A stretch of 60,442 nt of DNA, the filler included, from Sphacelaria rigidula (Eukaryota), in NCBI GenBank assembly GCA_964200075.2. It is 8 parts of 8 records of this genome, joined end to end, with 100 filler letters (N's around TTAATTAATTAA, not from the genome) between each part and the next. Parts side by side here need not be neighbours in the genome. Positions count along the whole stretch, not along the records: positions 7,569 to 15,036 come from CAXNAA020014792.1; positions 15,137 to 22,604 come from CAXNAA020014793.1; positions 22,705 to 30,172 come from CAXNAA020014794.1; 5 more parts are not named here. The stretch is one strand, 5' to 3'. The number at the start of each line of letters is the position of its first letter. Position 1 is the first letter of the stretch. A model generated the notes under the pieces. The model had not been told where the DNA came from. It saw only the letters and a list, made by a program, of their open reading frames with translations, and did no database searches. Of the stretch, positions 12,303 through 24,528 are shown in pieces. Position numbers and translations under genes: made by a program.

Positions 12303-13317
12303 ACTTTGCCTTCGTCGACTGTGAAACGCACGGTGCAAGGAGTCGGCGGTGAAGGGATGATCCGTTGTGTTTGTCGCGATGATATTGCTCGGTTTGCTAG
12401 ATCAGTTCGCTCGGTTTGTTGCCATGCATGGCTGCCGTGTAATGTTCTGCTTGCACGGAGATTTTGAAGGCGCCTCCCCTCGTTATCCTAAATCGCTCGT
12501 TTCACTGTTCTGAGTGATGCCTGTGTCTGTGAATACCCTCGTTTCTTTGTGTGCTCCTCTAACACCAGGAAAGGGCAAGGCGATGTTTGTCGCAAGAGCC
12601 GTGGGAGCTGGCTTGGTCCTGCTGAGTTCCTGCTCGACAGAGGTCTCTGCGATCTGTGAGTTTTTTATCGTTTGCGCGCGCATGCTAGCAGACAAGCCAT
12701 TCCACTGAAATCAGCCCGCTTCTTCCTGACGATTAGATGAGGTGTGGTCGTGATAGTGCACAGACTATTGGAAATCTTGGCTCGTGTTGTGTGATCTTGT
12801 GTTCGAGATAGGTCGACTACCGTCGCGCAGATAGTAGTATATGGCAGAGAATCCACCGTGGTGGTAAGACCACTTGCTTCTGTAGCAGAAGATAGAAACA
12901 GACAGATGGTTGGGACGAGCTCTCATGCGGCCAACACAGAATAAAAAGCACGGTCTTTTCTCAGAGCAGGGAGCTGATGGAAACAAAGGAGAGTGGTTGC
13001 ATGGGCGGTGGAGGTGCCGTGTCCAAGCATCCTCAAATTCAAGACTGCTGACGCGTTAGTCTTTCCAGCTCGCTGACTAGATCTACTGCAAGCTGCGTGA
13101 CCTAGCTACCTGGATACAGTACACTGGACTGCTGCCGAGATACCGGTGCACTTTTCGTGGGGGGTCTATCTCGGCATGACCCACTACTGTATAACAAACC
13201 ATGGCAACACACTTCTCACTGCAGTATCCTACGTGCTCATGTGACTCAACGCGGAAAGATTTCTACATCGAGGATCCACATGAACGGCACCATAGTAGAT
13301 GGTTCGTAGTGTTGTTG

Positions 13318-13487
13318 GAGTCATCCCACTATAGGGGGGGGGTATTTTGGGCCATTTGTTGCTCGAAATTTCGAGTCAGATCGTCGTTNNNNNNNNNNAA
13401 GCGCAACGCAAGTGTGGGAGGATGTCTGACACACTTATGAGCCTCTTTTTTCGTGCAACTAAATACCCCCCTATCGTAGGATGACTC
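13318..13487. mobile_element. Sola2-like MITE (GAG termini, 4-bp TSD GTTG)
   Basis: GTTG|GAGTCATCCCACTATAGGGGGGGGTATTT ... AAATACCCCCCTATCGTAGGATGACTC|GTTG; contains a 10-N gap. Confidence 0.8.
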
Positions 13488-14024
13488 GTTGAACCCCTAT
13501 AAGTTGTACTGGGTTTTACTTTTTATTTTCAGTCAAAACCCAAAGCACGGAAAAATACAGCCAAGTTATAAGCTGTACGTCAATTTTCAAACACAGACAT
13601 CCATGGTCATGGACCGTTGATACCACCAGCAGCATCGAGGTGCGGGGACTCTGTGCAGTGCGTGCCCAAGTGCCTGCACATAAAATTGAATTGACGGTTT
13701 GTACGGCCAGAAACGAGCGATTGTAGAATATATATATATCAGAAATCAGGACTGTGCTGCTGCTCGCGTACGCTTTTGCGAATGTGTGAGTCCTAATCAT
13801 GGACCAAGAGGATACCCAACCCGATACATATCTGACGATGTAAGTCGATCACCCGGGCATTTGAGATGTTCGTGGCTTACTTTCCTCCTGACCATAAGCC
13901 TTGTTTCGGGTATGGGATTGAGTGCCTTGAGTACCTGATGATCTCTTTGTGCAGGAAAGGTGTGCGCTCCTCCCCTACGGTGACGACGAAGTCGGTCTTG
14001 ATTAGAAACTCCACCAAAACATAC

Positions 14025-14259
14025 CTTCATTGATTTGGGGGTGTCTACTGATCCCGGGAATTCGAGCGAATACCACCCTGATATTGCACCAGTAAGTTGT
14101 GACATAACGGCACGCTGGCTGTTCCCCGCAGCACTTGGCTACTGTACCGCTCGAACCAAGAAATGATATACCAGACAAGAGGCGCTTGTCGTAATTCCCT
14201 TGAATAACCAGAGCCCATCCTTTCGTTGTTGGAAAACGTCCTTAGCCCTGACCCAAGTA
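14025..14259 (-). pseudogene. C2-domain-like exon with one frameshift (pseudogene or sequence error)
   Basis: cag|...RELRQAPLVWYIISWFERYSSQVLRGTASVPL (shift ~14103) SQLTGAISGWYSLEFPGSVDTPKSMK|gtatgt resembles the C2 C-terminal pattern LG.A.VPLS.L...GWY.L. Confidence 0.4.
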
Positions 14260-14460
14260 CTGTTAGTTGTGGCCATTATCATCGAAGAAAAGAGTCTCTC
14301 GAACGTCATTCGCCGATCAAGGTTGAAAGTTGAGAAGGTCGGTGTACTCTGACGGTACGCGCAATGCTCTGAAACAAGTTACGTTTCTTGCAGCATGAAA
14401 GGCTAAACTCCACTACCTGAGCAACGCTTTCTCACCTTGCGCTGTGATACTTGTGTTCTT

Positions 14461-14674
14461 GTAATGCGCGAGAGGATCGCGTGCTCAGAGGACCGCATCG
14501 TATTGTCGTTCAAAACACCTCAGGATCGACTTTTTTCAAAACCAATCGGGTCAGTCTCTGGAGGGACCGCGCCCCTGACCTCAACCCCAACACTAACACT
14601 ATCCCTAACCTCAACCATAGGAATGTTCAAACTCTGATGCGGTCCTCTAAGCACGCGGTCCTCTCACCCATTAC
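14461..14674. mobile_element. Second, inverted copy of the GTAATGCG MITE with CCCTAA-like repeats
   Basis: TIRs GTAATGCGCGAGAGGATCGCGTGCT / AGCACGCGGTCCTCTCACCCATTAC. Confidence 0.85.
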
Positions 14675-15136
14675 AGTTGTCATCATTTTATACTTCCGGG
14701 AGGTCCGTGGGCATCTGTGTACCCAGATATGTTAGCATTCTGACCAAACGCCCCAAGAATCGGGCTGTTCTGCACTCTGTGCTCCTGCCTTTTCTATCTT
14801 GAAAGCGCCTGCAAGAGTCCTCAGGGATACTGCTAACATGGACACACACACATATGTAGTGTGACGACAGTGAACTTGAGATGGAATTATTGTGGTTTTC
14901 GAAACCAGAGGCTTGTGTGTGCGATTCCTGCTATGTACCTTGACCACATTAACTCTGTGCACGCGCGGAACCCCAGTTAACAGCCGATTTTATATTTTGG
15001 AGTTCATACAAAATATGGGGTTGAAGTGGCATATCTNNNNNNNNNNNNNNNNNNNNNNNNNNNNNNNNNNNNNNNNNNNNTTAATTAATTAANNNNNNNN
15101 NNNNNNNNNNNNNNNNNNNNNNNNNNNNNNNNNNNN

Positions 15137-15222
15137 AAAACCCGGCGTGCTCCGTCCCGGCTTTGTAGGGATACGAGGTCAATGGTCTGATGACTATGCC
15201 ATGCATGATCATGAGTACACCC
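15137..15222 (+). mobile_element. 3' end of LINE family 2 (also ~16600-16683 +, ~26968-27023 +, ~50290-50435 -)
   Basis: GCTCCGTC...GGTCAATGGTC...ATGAGTACACCC is homologous to the 3' end of LINE family 1. Confidence 0.7.
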
Positions 15223-16825
15223 ATCTACAGGATACGGGGTAGGGAAGTACGAGAGTAGTGAGGGTAGGAGCCACGATTTGAATGGCGGTCTTGTATCGTG
15301 CGGGGCAGGAAGGGGTTTGATGTAGAGATTGTGTGAAGAGCCTGTGCATCCGTCACTGCTTGGGAAGTTTGTCATTCACAATAAGAAGGTTCACTGCGAA
15401 ATAAAATTGGCACAGTTGTACGGAAGAATAATAAGCAAGCTACCACACCTCATGACGAGGTAAAAAATCCTCCCCTGCCTGATATCTCTCTCCACCCCCC
15501 ACTTGCACTAACACGCGACCAGCTCTTGGTGACCCTCCCGCGGTCTGGTGGTCAGTGATCAGTATTTTGTTGGAGTTATCTCAAACTCGGCTCCCAGTAT
15601 CTTGGTTTATTCGCTGCCCCTGGGTTTTGAACTATTTCTTCAAGTTAAAGTGATGAAGCATAGGAGGACCTGACCTGGCGGTCAAAGGGTGTCATCATCT
15701 GATGAATCGCAATCATTTTCACCTGAAGAAATAGAAGAAACAAACCAGGAAACCGGGAACCGAGTTTGAGATACCTCTGCGAACCCCAGTCCGTTCATTT
15801 TATGCTATCAGCGCGCGTCGGGTCGTGGTGAGGACCCGCGGGCAATGGTTTGGTTTTTTAATCAGGGCATCCATATCATACTTGACGTAGATATTATTCT
15901 GTTGAAAAGAACTCTGTGCTCTCGCAACCGTAAGGGTAAACCATGAGGGCAGAGCTCGGTTCTCGTATGTGGTGTGGAGCACATGCAGCTTGAATAGTTC
16001 GTCACAGAGTGAGTCCGTAGTGGGGACTAGAGACTTGGTACGATACCGATTCAGAGGAATGACCCTCGGGGATCCTGTCTTGGGGACGGGAAATACAGAA
16101 TGTCACGAACGTTCTCTACACACCAGGCTGATTGATTGATTATCGCAATTTTTTTTTCATCCCTCAGGGATCCAGCCCTTGTCACGTGATGAACGATTCG
16201 GAAACACTCCCTGAAGAAAAGTGAAGAAAACAAAAGGTAGAACATGGAGTAAACTAAGGAAAACAAAAAAACCAAAATTCGGACAACCAAATTGTGGGAG
16301 TTTCACCGTCCGTGGTTTCTGAGAACACCGTGAATCATGCATTCTGGAAGCGTGATTGTTTGAGCCGTTTTACTTTCACCTATACGCGCACGATTAGTTG
16401 TTTCTGTTGTTTCTGTGTTGGCTATCATGTACCCGCACCAAGCATGGCGTTGAAGATGTAACTGGCTCCCGTCTGTGATGAAGGAATGGTGGTCTCTGCT
16501 CCGTGTACGGGGGCAAACTTTCCTTGGCTGTAACCTACGAATCGGGCCAGGCGATGTTTGTGTTGTTCTCAATATGTATCATCCGACAAGCAGCATAGAG
16601 ATGAATATCCCCCTACTCGCCGAACCCACCACGGCGCTTCGCGCTTGATGATTGAGTGCGAGCCTGGTCCAGCGAAAACCCTATTCAAGTCATTATCGCG
16701 ATTTTCATTACTCAAGTTGTTCTTCGAAATTTTATGCTTGGGGCTACTCGCTTCTGTGTTACTACTGTGCATCATATACTCCAATTCATCGAACAAACTA
16801 GAAGAATCCTGCCCCCTTCTATATG

Positions 16826-17382
16826 TCTCTCGTGGAGGCATTGTCAAAGGGCCTGAATACTTCCGGCATGCATACCAAACGCGAGTACCACGCCTGTAAC
16901 TACATATTTTTTTTGCTTCAGTGTTCCTTCAAACTTGCCGTGTGACGGCCTGTCTTGATTTTGTGGGGGAGTTTTACCCTTCCCCATATGCATACACGCG
17001 GCGTGGCCGGCCCATGTTGCATTTGGATGACAGCCTAAAATGAGTTGCTTTATTTTCTGTTATCGCCACTTCCAGAGACGGCCACAGCTTATACACTGCC
17101 TCATGGGTGCCTCACCATTTAAACACTACAGTACGTCGTACGATCATCCCCATTGTGCGGAGTTGGGCCCATCCTGCCCCCGTCCCTAGTCTCTCGAGGA
17201 GGCATTGTCAATGGCCTGAATACCTCCGGCATGCATACCAAACGCGAGTACCACGCCTATAACTACATATATATATTTTGCTTCACTGTTCCTTCAACTT
17301 TGCGGTGTGACGGCCTGTCTTGATTCTTTGTTTTTTTTTCTACCCTCTCCTATATGCATACACACGGCGTGGCCGGCCCATG
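16826..17382 (+). repeat. Local direct duplication of ~190 bp (16826-17015 and 17190-17382)
   Basis: GGAGGCATTGTCAA...CATGCATACCAAACGCGAGTACCACGCCT...GGCGTGGCCGG occurs twice; the spacer is the reverse complement of ~37510-37665. Confidence 0.9.
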
Positions 17383-17458
17383 CAAAACCCACTTCCAAAA
17401 GATGGACTCGGGGATGGCGGCGGATTCGTCGCTGTTGGAGGGGAAGCCCGGGTTTGCG

Positions 17459-17650
17459 CTAGACTTCAACTTCTTCGTGGAGGATAACACAGTCGTCATC
17501 GATGAAGCGGACGTACGGGAACAACAGGGGTGAGTGCCTTGTATTTGTTAGTACTCTTTTTTTGTGAATAGTCTGCGTGGTACAAGGAGTCCCGTTGTCC
17601 GTGAGCGGATAAATTGATTCAACTGTTGCAATACGGTTTGTACGACAGAG
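17459..17650 (-). mobile_element. Decayed reverse-transcriptase fragment, possibly Penelope-like
   Basis: ...NGTPC...RHSPLLFPYVRFIDDDCVI resembles the PLE RT motifs MGTP.AP and P.L..RYIDD. Confidence 0.35.
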
Positions 17651-17704
17651 CTCGTCGTCGCTGTGTGTTTGGCACTTGACGCCCATCGTGTATATTAGAT
17701 CCTA

Positions 17705-19070
17705 GGGGGGGGAGGGGGGCGTACTCATTTGTTGCTTGCTGTAGTCGTTTGACCGTTGACCACGCATCCCTCTCGAGACGGAGCACCGTTCCTACTCCTA
17801 GTAGAGAGGCCTTCAACACCTGTGCGCGCATTCCGTTTATCCATCATTATTTTTAATTTTTATTTTTTTGTCGCACTTTGAATCCGTTTCCTCCCTCGGG
17901 ATGAGTTCGTGGTCTCAAGGATTGGGTCATGACTATCAGCACTCCCGCACGGCGTCAACTCACGTCAAACGAAGTCAGTCGACTACTTTGTTTACTCACG
18001 TTCTCACGCTTTCCCCGGTGGAAATCAGGACTTTACAAAGAAAAACTCAACGCATCGGGAATCGAACCCTCGTTCTCTCCACCCTAATGACGACAGTCGG
18101 GCCATTACGCCACCGATGTGCGGCGGCGATATATTACACAAAACCTTTTACATCCCGTATCTCCTAGTGGAGCGATCGTGTTTTTGCTACTGTGTAATGT
18201 ACCAAGCGATTTCATGCCACCTTCGTTCATTTCCCACATTTCCCCTTCTACTACGTCTCGTTCCTCCTCCTGTGGTTCACATTCTGCCACTTTGTGATAT
18301 CTAGTCTCCATTGCTCAGCCACAGGGGTAATTCTGTGCATCTCCTTCCTCCTCCACCCGACTACTGGTGTACTCCCTTCTTCTTTCTTGCCGGTCCAGGT
18401 CCCCCACACGAAATCCCACTTGAACTTTTTCGCGGAGTCCATCGGGCTGTGCAGACATGTTTTTATTATTATCCCCTCTCTTACCCCCCTTCAATATTCA
18501 GGTATTCATTCTCGTCTACTTTCTGTCTAATGTGTTGTCTCCCCATTTCTGTCATACCTCTCATCCTTGTCTTGTATTCCCCACATTCATACATGGGCAT
18601 TATCTCTCTTTAATTTCCTCATATGCCTTCCGTACTTGATCGAGTACGCTATTCCAGCTTATTTCAGCCCTCCCTCTCGTGATTTTCTTCCACACTGCGT
18701 TGTCAACTATAGCTGGCAATCTCTTTCTCTGCATGTTTTTTACGCTATATTGCCACCTCAATTTTCTCATGTCTCGATTTTGAGTGGGTGCATTCCAAAT
18801 TCTGCGCTCAATACTGTATGACTCGTCTTTTTTGAGTATCCAAGGACTTTCTTAGCCGTTGTAATCTGTACTGCTTCCTAGCTGCTTCACCAACTTCGCG
18901 TTCCCTTCCTATGCTTGTCCTTCACGTTCCAGCTTCGGGGAAATATCGCATTCATCAGTATACATCGCTTTATCCCACCACCGAGGTACGAGTCTCTAAG
19001 GATCACGTCCACCTAGCCTATCTGTGCCTTACTCTTTCCTGTCACTTCATCTATGCTGTTCCCAAGAACG
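17705..19070 (-). mobile_element. 5'-truncated, decayed LINE family 1 copy, interrupted by a SINE
   Basis: Reverse complement of the 25728-26960 element (PMDSAKKFKWDFVWG.., ETRYHKVAECEPQEEERDV); tail appears as poly(G) at ~17705-17719. Confidence 0.9.
17848..18120 (-). mobile_element. tRNA(Pro)-derived SINE family A, copy 2, nested in the LINE
   Basis: B-box GGTTCGATTCC and ATTAGGGTGGAGAG loop on the minus strand; A-rich tail; LINE sequence continues on both sides. Confidence 0.85.
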
Positions 19071-19411
19071 GTTTTTTACATCTCTACTAACAGGAGGGGA
19101 GACCAAAGAGATGCAAAAGGGGAAGATAAGGTAAGGGAAGAAGAGAAAATAGAACTGGAAACAGGAAACACGGCTGGAAGGTGTTGCCGAAGTTGCACGG
19201 CGAGCGTATCAGTTTCCGTACTAACCCCCCTCCGTGCGCCGTCATCCCCACTCAGGAGCATCTCTCTGTCGACCATCCCTATGTTAGGATTAAGCTGTGT
19301 CTGTGTCTCAGTTCGAATGACAAGCTGCAACTTTGACAGCGCCTTGATGCTCTTGGATGTTTACTGAATAAATAGACATATATCATTTCTTGACACCCTA
19401 TTCCTCAAATA

Positions 19412-20011
19412 CGAGCTGGGCCAGCCAAGAGTAGGTGTGCATCTCGGTCAGGCGATGCACGGCGTGATATGAGGAGTTGGACGCTGAAATTTTAACAGTA
19501 GCTTTGTATGATGGAAATGCAGAATATCACGTGAGTAAAATATGAAAAAACAAAAAATGAGGAAGTTATGGAGATCCGTAATTTCAGCAATAAAGATATA
19601 ATGCCATACGTCCAGAAAAAAATGAGAATCTGCAGCTGCTCACGTGATGCATCATTTCCTTGGGTGCAGAAGGTCTTCCTGAAATTCCAGCTCAAGAGTC
19701 GTCGGATTGGGCCGTGCGTGCAGCATTTGCGTGACGCTGCTGCACCCCTATAATCCAAGTGATGAGAGACTCCGATTATGGAGGTCGTGAGTTTGAATCC
19801 CGACATATTCTCTTCTTTTTTCCGTCTGTCGTTGAGGTCATATATTATGTAGTACATTTTTTTTCATTTTTTTTCTCACTCAGCGGCGGTGCCGTGTGTT
19901 ACCAGATTGGTCCGCACGTCACAGTGATATGCTTACGTGGGGTTCATTCGGGAAACTGGGGGAAGCTGTGGTATGAGCCGCTTTTAGCCGCTTTTAAGCT
20001 GGCCCAGCTCG
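19412..20011. mobile_element. Tc1/mariner-like non-autonomous element with TA TSD
   Basis: TA|CGAGCTGGGCCAGC ... GCTGGCCCAGCTCG|TA. Confidence 0.85.
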
Positions 20012-20449
20012 TACTGGTGAGCTGTTCGTCGCTAACACTGGTGTGCCAGCGGCGGTGGTTCTCCTCTTTGTAGCTGTCAACACAACCTCTGGATTGTGAT
20101 GTAGGTTACATCCGCATAGGTCTTCGCAATCGTCATGTAAAAGGAGGATGTACGCGCTTATTTTTGCGATAAATTGATCTCAAAGATTATCCGCGAGTCT
20201 CACAAATCGAACTCGGGCGATTTGTATTTAAAACGGGGGAAAGCGTCGGCTGAGTTGTGGAGTTGCCCCCAGACCGACCATCATATGATACAAAGTACTC
20301 TTCACCTCCGACCCGCGGTCAATCTCTTTTCTATAATGGCAGGTCGTTTCAACCCTTTGTGTGTGTGTGTGTGTGTGATACCCGTAGCGCGCACGCTATA
20401 ACGGATCGAAGGGTATTTTTTAATCAGAACTTGAAGCAGTCAATGGGTG

Positions 20450-21190
20450 TGTGTTGTCATCCCATCTATTCTGGACGCCTGTCTTAAGGCTACTACCCTA
20501 GGTGTGGGAGTGGTAGGCTCGGAAGCCACGGGCTTGGCCGTGGGACGTGCCTAGACAGTTCGTTCTTGTGTGGCGGGAGACCACAGGGTCGAGATGAGAT
20601 GTGTTTTAAGGGGGCCCCGTGATGGGTGCTGCCTCGAGTTGGAGTATGACTATCACTCCGGGGACAGGGTAGACATTGACCCGAGGGGACAGACTAGTGG
20701 TCCAGACGGAACGTTCCCGGAACTATGCCGGGGACATGAACATTCCTGGAACGGAGCGGAGGGATCCATAAGATATTATCGGGAACTATGCCGAGGGAGA
20801 TATGGTCCCGTAGCGGTTGTAGACACGTGGAAGACTTGTGGACTACCCTGGTACTCACATCTACACCTTTCGGTACACGTGGGCGCACCAGCCGGGGTCA
20901 CACAGGAGGAAGGCCAACACAGGAGTTTTTTATTTGATTTGTTTTAAATAGTCATCAACCTTTCTTCTGCGGTGCTTGCCTTCTTTTTTTTTCGCGAGAG
21001 GGGTTCAGCAGTCCCTTTCCCTCGTCGACCGTGAAGTCGAGTTTTGTGTACCCACGACATGGTCGCTTTCCCCTGTTGGGTAATGTGTGAGAAAAAATCG
21101 CAGATTGTGTCGTGTGACTGCACCGAGATTCGAACCCACGACCCAACCGTCAGAAGGTTTCGAGGTTACCTACTGAGCTACTGGGACGAC
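20450..21190 (-). mobile_element. Full-length tRNA-derived SINE family B with 9-bp TSD and a probable internal insertion
   Basis: Head GTCGTCCCAGTAGCTCAGTAGGTAACC...AACC-TTCTGAC-GGTT...GGTTCGAATCTCGG; CA-repeat tail; CAATGGGTG at 20441-20449 and 21191-21199; second head at 22705-22772. Confidence 0.85.
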
Positions 21191-21659
21191 CAATGGGTGG
21201 CCCAAAATTACTCGGAAAGGTCCCGATTAGGCTTCTACTTATTATCCAGTACAGGGTCTGTGTGCATGTTACCCATAATTATTTTCAAGGTGAACGATTT
21301 TTTCAGACCCCGCACTAGCATAATAAGTAGAAGCCTGGTCCGGCTACATTCCTGTTCCCGTGTAGAGTCCGCGGCTTCACCTGTAGGCGGTGAGTATTAC
21401 GCGTGGGTGATGTGTGCTTTGGACCCAGAAAGTCATCGTCCGGGGGTGGTATCCCAAGTACCGATAACGTACACCGTCGTTTACGGAACATACAGTAGAA
21501 TCGTGGTTCTAGCCCTAGCCCGAACCCTAACCCTGAAACAGGGTCTTCATGAGACGGAAAATCTGAGAATGAAAGTGAGTTGTCACGAACATCCCACGTG
21601 TGCCATTCCTTTTTGGAAGAACGGGGGAACAATCCGACGAGAACGCCAGGGAAAACGTA

Positions 21660-22604
21660 CGAGCTGGGCCGGCCTAGACGCGGATTTAAGCTCTCAAAGC
21701 AATATCTCATCGACACAGACGAGTTGGGTCATGATCTGCATATCGTATTAATCATCTCATCATGGGGAAGATGCCCGTGTGCTCAGATGTCTGGGCCATT
21801 TTTTTCTCGTTGATTAAATCCCATGTGTAGTGATTCCTATTCCGTACGGAGATAGCGTCAATACTAAACTTAATATGAAACCCCGAACGATATATACAAC
21901 GGATGATTACGATTTTTGATGTGGATATTCTCTGGAGAACGGGGAAACGATCAGTACCTCCACTTTTGCCTAATTCGCTATCTGTCTCGAGATGTGGCGC
22001 ACATGAATTTTTATACTAAATTTAATATATTTCGTGCAAAGGCACTTAATGCACTAAATATGGATATTCCGTCTCAGTTTTTAGAGCTGTGCTTTGAAAT
22101 TTCGTTTGAAGGATCGCCACTGCATAATGAAGAAAAAATCATCGTTTTTCTTCATTTTTTCTTCATTTATATTTGTTTTTTCAGGGGAGTTTTAAGAAAA
22201 AATGGACAGTGAACCTGATCCCAGTTTCTCAGCTTGATTTCAACAATTGAAATTTGAAACTTATCATGAAGAATTGCAAAGGCATGTCGAAGAAAACAAA
22301 AAATGGGCCCTTCCTTTTCTTTTCTTTTGGAGAGGTACGAGCCTTCTCGTGAAAATATGATCTTCACTGTACTAAAGCGTCCTAAGCAAGTGAATATATT
22401 AATATATATCAACCTTTCCCTCTTTTTTAGGTCGGTTATCACCTAGCGAAGTCCCACACAAGGGTTCAAGGCACAAGTACCAGACCTGGGCCGGTAAACG
22501 GCCTTGAAAATGTTGTTCCGAATTTCGCCCGGCGCGGTTTCAAGATCACCGGTTCTCACCTCAAACGCTGTCGCGCGGGCCGATTTTTTTTTTTTCCCCT
22601 CGTG
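21660..22604 (+). mobile_element. Long CGAGCTGGGCC-family mariner-like element, cut by the contig end
   Basis: TA|CGAGCTGGGCCGGCC start; body collinear with 27450-27874 plus 30013-30172, ~53650-54700 (inverted), 55076-55475 and 56853-56989. Confidence 0.85.
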
Positions 22605-22877
22605 NNNNNNNNNNNNNNNNNNNNNNNNNNNNNNNNNNNNNNNNNNNNTTAATTAATTAANNNNNNNNNNNNNNNNNNNNNNNNNNNNNNNNNNNNNNNN
22701 NNNNGGAATCGAACCCCCCAACTCAACCATCAGAAGGTTTCGAGGTTACCAACTGAGCCCCCGGGGCGACCGGCATTTCACTTGCAAATTGATTTATGAA
22801 AACTTCACTCCCCGTCATCACCACGTACACATACTTTGTTCAATATATTCATTAGTGACTTGATAATAGCAATAGAA

Positions 22878-23380
22878 GGAAAGAGTAAGGCACAGATAGG
22901 CAGGATGGACGTGATTCTCAGAAACCCGCATCTAGACACTACTAGGATTGAAGAGATGTGTCCTGATGATGAAGGTTTTCGCATCAAAGCTGGAATTTGC
23001 AGGTGAAGTATGGGAGGGGAACGTAAAGTTAGTGAAGAGGTTGGAAATAGTACAGATGGCAGCAGCTAAGAAAATATATGGATGCTCGAAAACGACGAGT
23101 AACCCAGTTTTGAGGGCAGAGTTGGGTATGTACTCACTTGAAACAGACATGAGACAATTGCGATTGCAACATAGCTTGAAAAACACGCAGAGAAGGAGAT
23201 TGCCAGCCATAGTTGAAAAGGCTGTATGGAAGAAAAGTACGAAAGGGAAGTCTGGACTAAGGTGGGACAGGAAGTTGAGAAAGTGTGGAAGAGATGGGAG
23301 GAAACCAAGAAGAAATGCTGTCCACAGAGGAAGACGCGGGGTACAAGGCAAAAGTAAGACAAAAATGTGGGAGCGCGACG
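22878..23380 (+). mobile_element. LINE family 1 ORF2 fragment (post-RT region)
   Basis: KLEFAGEVWEGNVKLVKRLEIVQMAAAKKIYGCSKTTSNPVLRAELGM matches the non-LTR ORF2 pattern P.LEY...VW...LE.VQ..A.K.I.G....S...L..ELG. Confidence 0.9.
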
Positions 23381-23925
23381 TGATAGTGATCGTCATTGTG
23401 GTGGTTGGGGATTTGGGGGAAATAATTTTCTTGAAAGCAGATGGACATTTACGTGAGGGTGCGAAGAGCAATGTCACATGGTTGCAAGGCGTGAGTTGTT
23501 GGGCTCTTCATGGTTCTCTTGAGAGCGGATAGACATTTACGTGAGAGTGCGAAGAGCAATGTCACATGGTTGCGAGGCGTGAGCTGTTGGGCTGGTCATG
23601 GGACAGACGGTCGGCTTCCCGTCACTCTACTGCTGCCGGCACTAGCAGTAGCCACGCGTGGGAGACACGCTCCACGTGCATAGCTCCCACAGAGAGATGC
23701 GCACAGCTACATCTCCCAGAAATTCGCCGAGTGAGCAAGCATAAACCCATCGGCGGGTAAAACGTACTAGTGCTGTCCAACACGGTGGTATCTCTCGCGA
23801 GGTGTGTGGGTGTTATCGCACGGTCGGAACACGGACCGTCTACAACCAAGAGCAGCAGCAGCAGTAGCATCGGCAGCGGCTGATTCAGACCCACCCCCAG
23901 CCGTACACATTTACTGGAAATAAAG

Positions 23926-23926
<1 letters not shown>

Positions 23927-23975
<49 letters not shown>
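23927..23975. repeat. (CTG)n microsatellite
   Basis: Read directly from the sequence. Confidence 0.95.
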
Positions 23976-23978
<3 letters not shown>

Positions 23979-24036
23979 GCAGGAGGCGGTCCGCGTTTCG
24001 ACGTGCGACAATATCCATGCACTTGTCGCGTTATTA

Positions 24037-24259
24037 CCCTTTTGGAACCAACTGACGATTTTTGTTTTTGCGAATCGCCATCATTGTAATTCATTTTCAA
24101 GTCAAAATGATGCCAATTCACAAAAACGAAAATCGTCAATGGCTTCCGAGAGGGTTAACCCTTAGACCGCGAGGTTGGTCTTCTGTTGAATCGGCATCAA
24201 TTTCGACTGAAAGAATGTATTCACATGATCAAGAAGGACTCACCTCGCGGCCTAAGGGG
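24037..24259. mobile_element. Two adjacent piggyBac-like hairpin MITEs sharing a TTAA site
   Basis: CCCTTTTGGAACC...GGCTTCCGAGAGGG|TTAA|CCCTTAGACCGCGAGG...CCTCGCGGCCTAAGGG. Confidence 0.8.
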
Positions 24260-24528
24260 TAAAATCGACTATGATACGTTCGCGAGTTGTTACCCCCATA
24301 TAGTAGCATTTTCAGTACGAGTACATATCACTTGTTTTCCCCTCTATTGGATGCTGGCTCCATTCCCATCACCAGCGGCAGTCACACGTGCAAGACACAC
24401 CCGACGTGCACAGCTCGAACAGAGAGATGCCCGCAACTATATCTCCCAGCCCTTAGCCCAGTGAGGAAGCATAGACCCATCGGCGGGTGGTACGAACCAG
24501 CGCCTTCCAGCACGGTGGCTATTGTTAA

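Larger units (their letters stand above)
23620..24520 (+). repeat. Pair of diverged ~170-bp direct repeats (~23635-23790 and ~24365-24520); separate ~60-bp duplication at 23444-23594
   Basis: ACAGAGAGATGC...ATCTCCCAG...GTGAG.AAGCATA.ACCCATCGGCGGGT present twice. Confidence 0.75.

Noticed and set aside
21115..21190. tRNA gene (also ~1300-1372, ~18050-18120, 22705-22772, ~37965-38035)
   Set aside because: No proper acceptor stem, and each is fused to a repeated body and tail, so these are SINE heads
21044..21751. 235-aa ORF
   Set aside because: Runs across a SINE head and two other repeats, with no protein-like motifs
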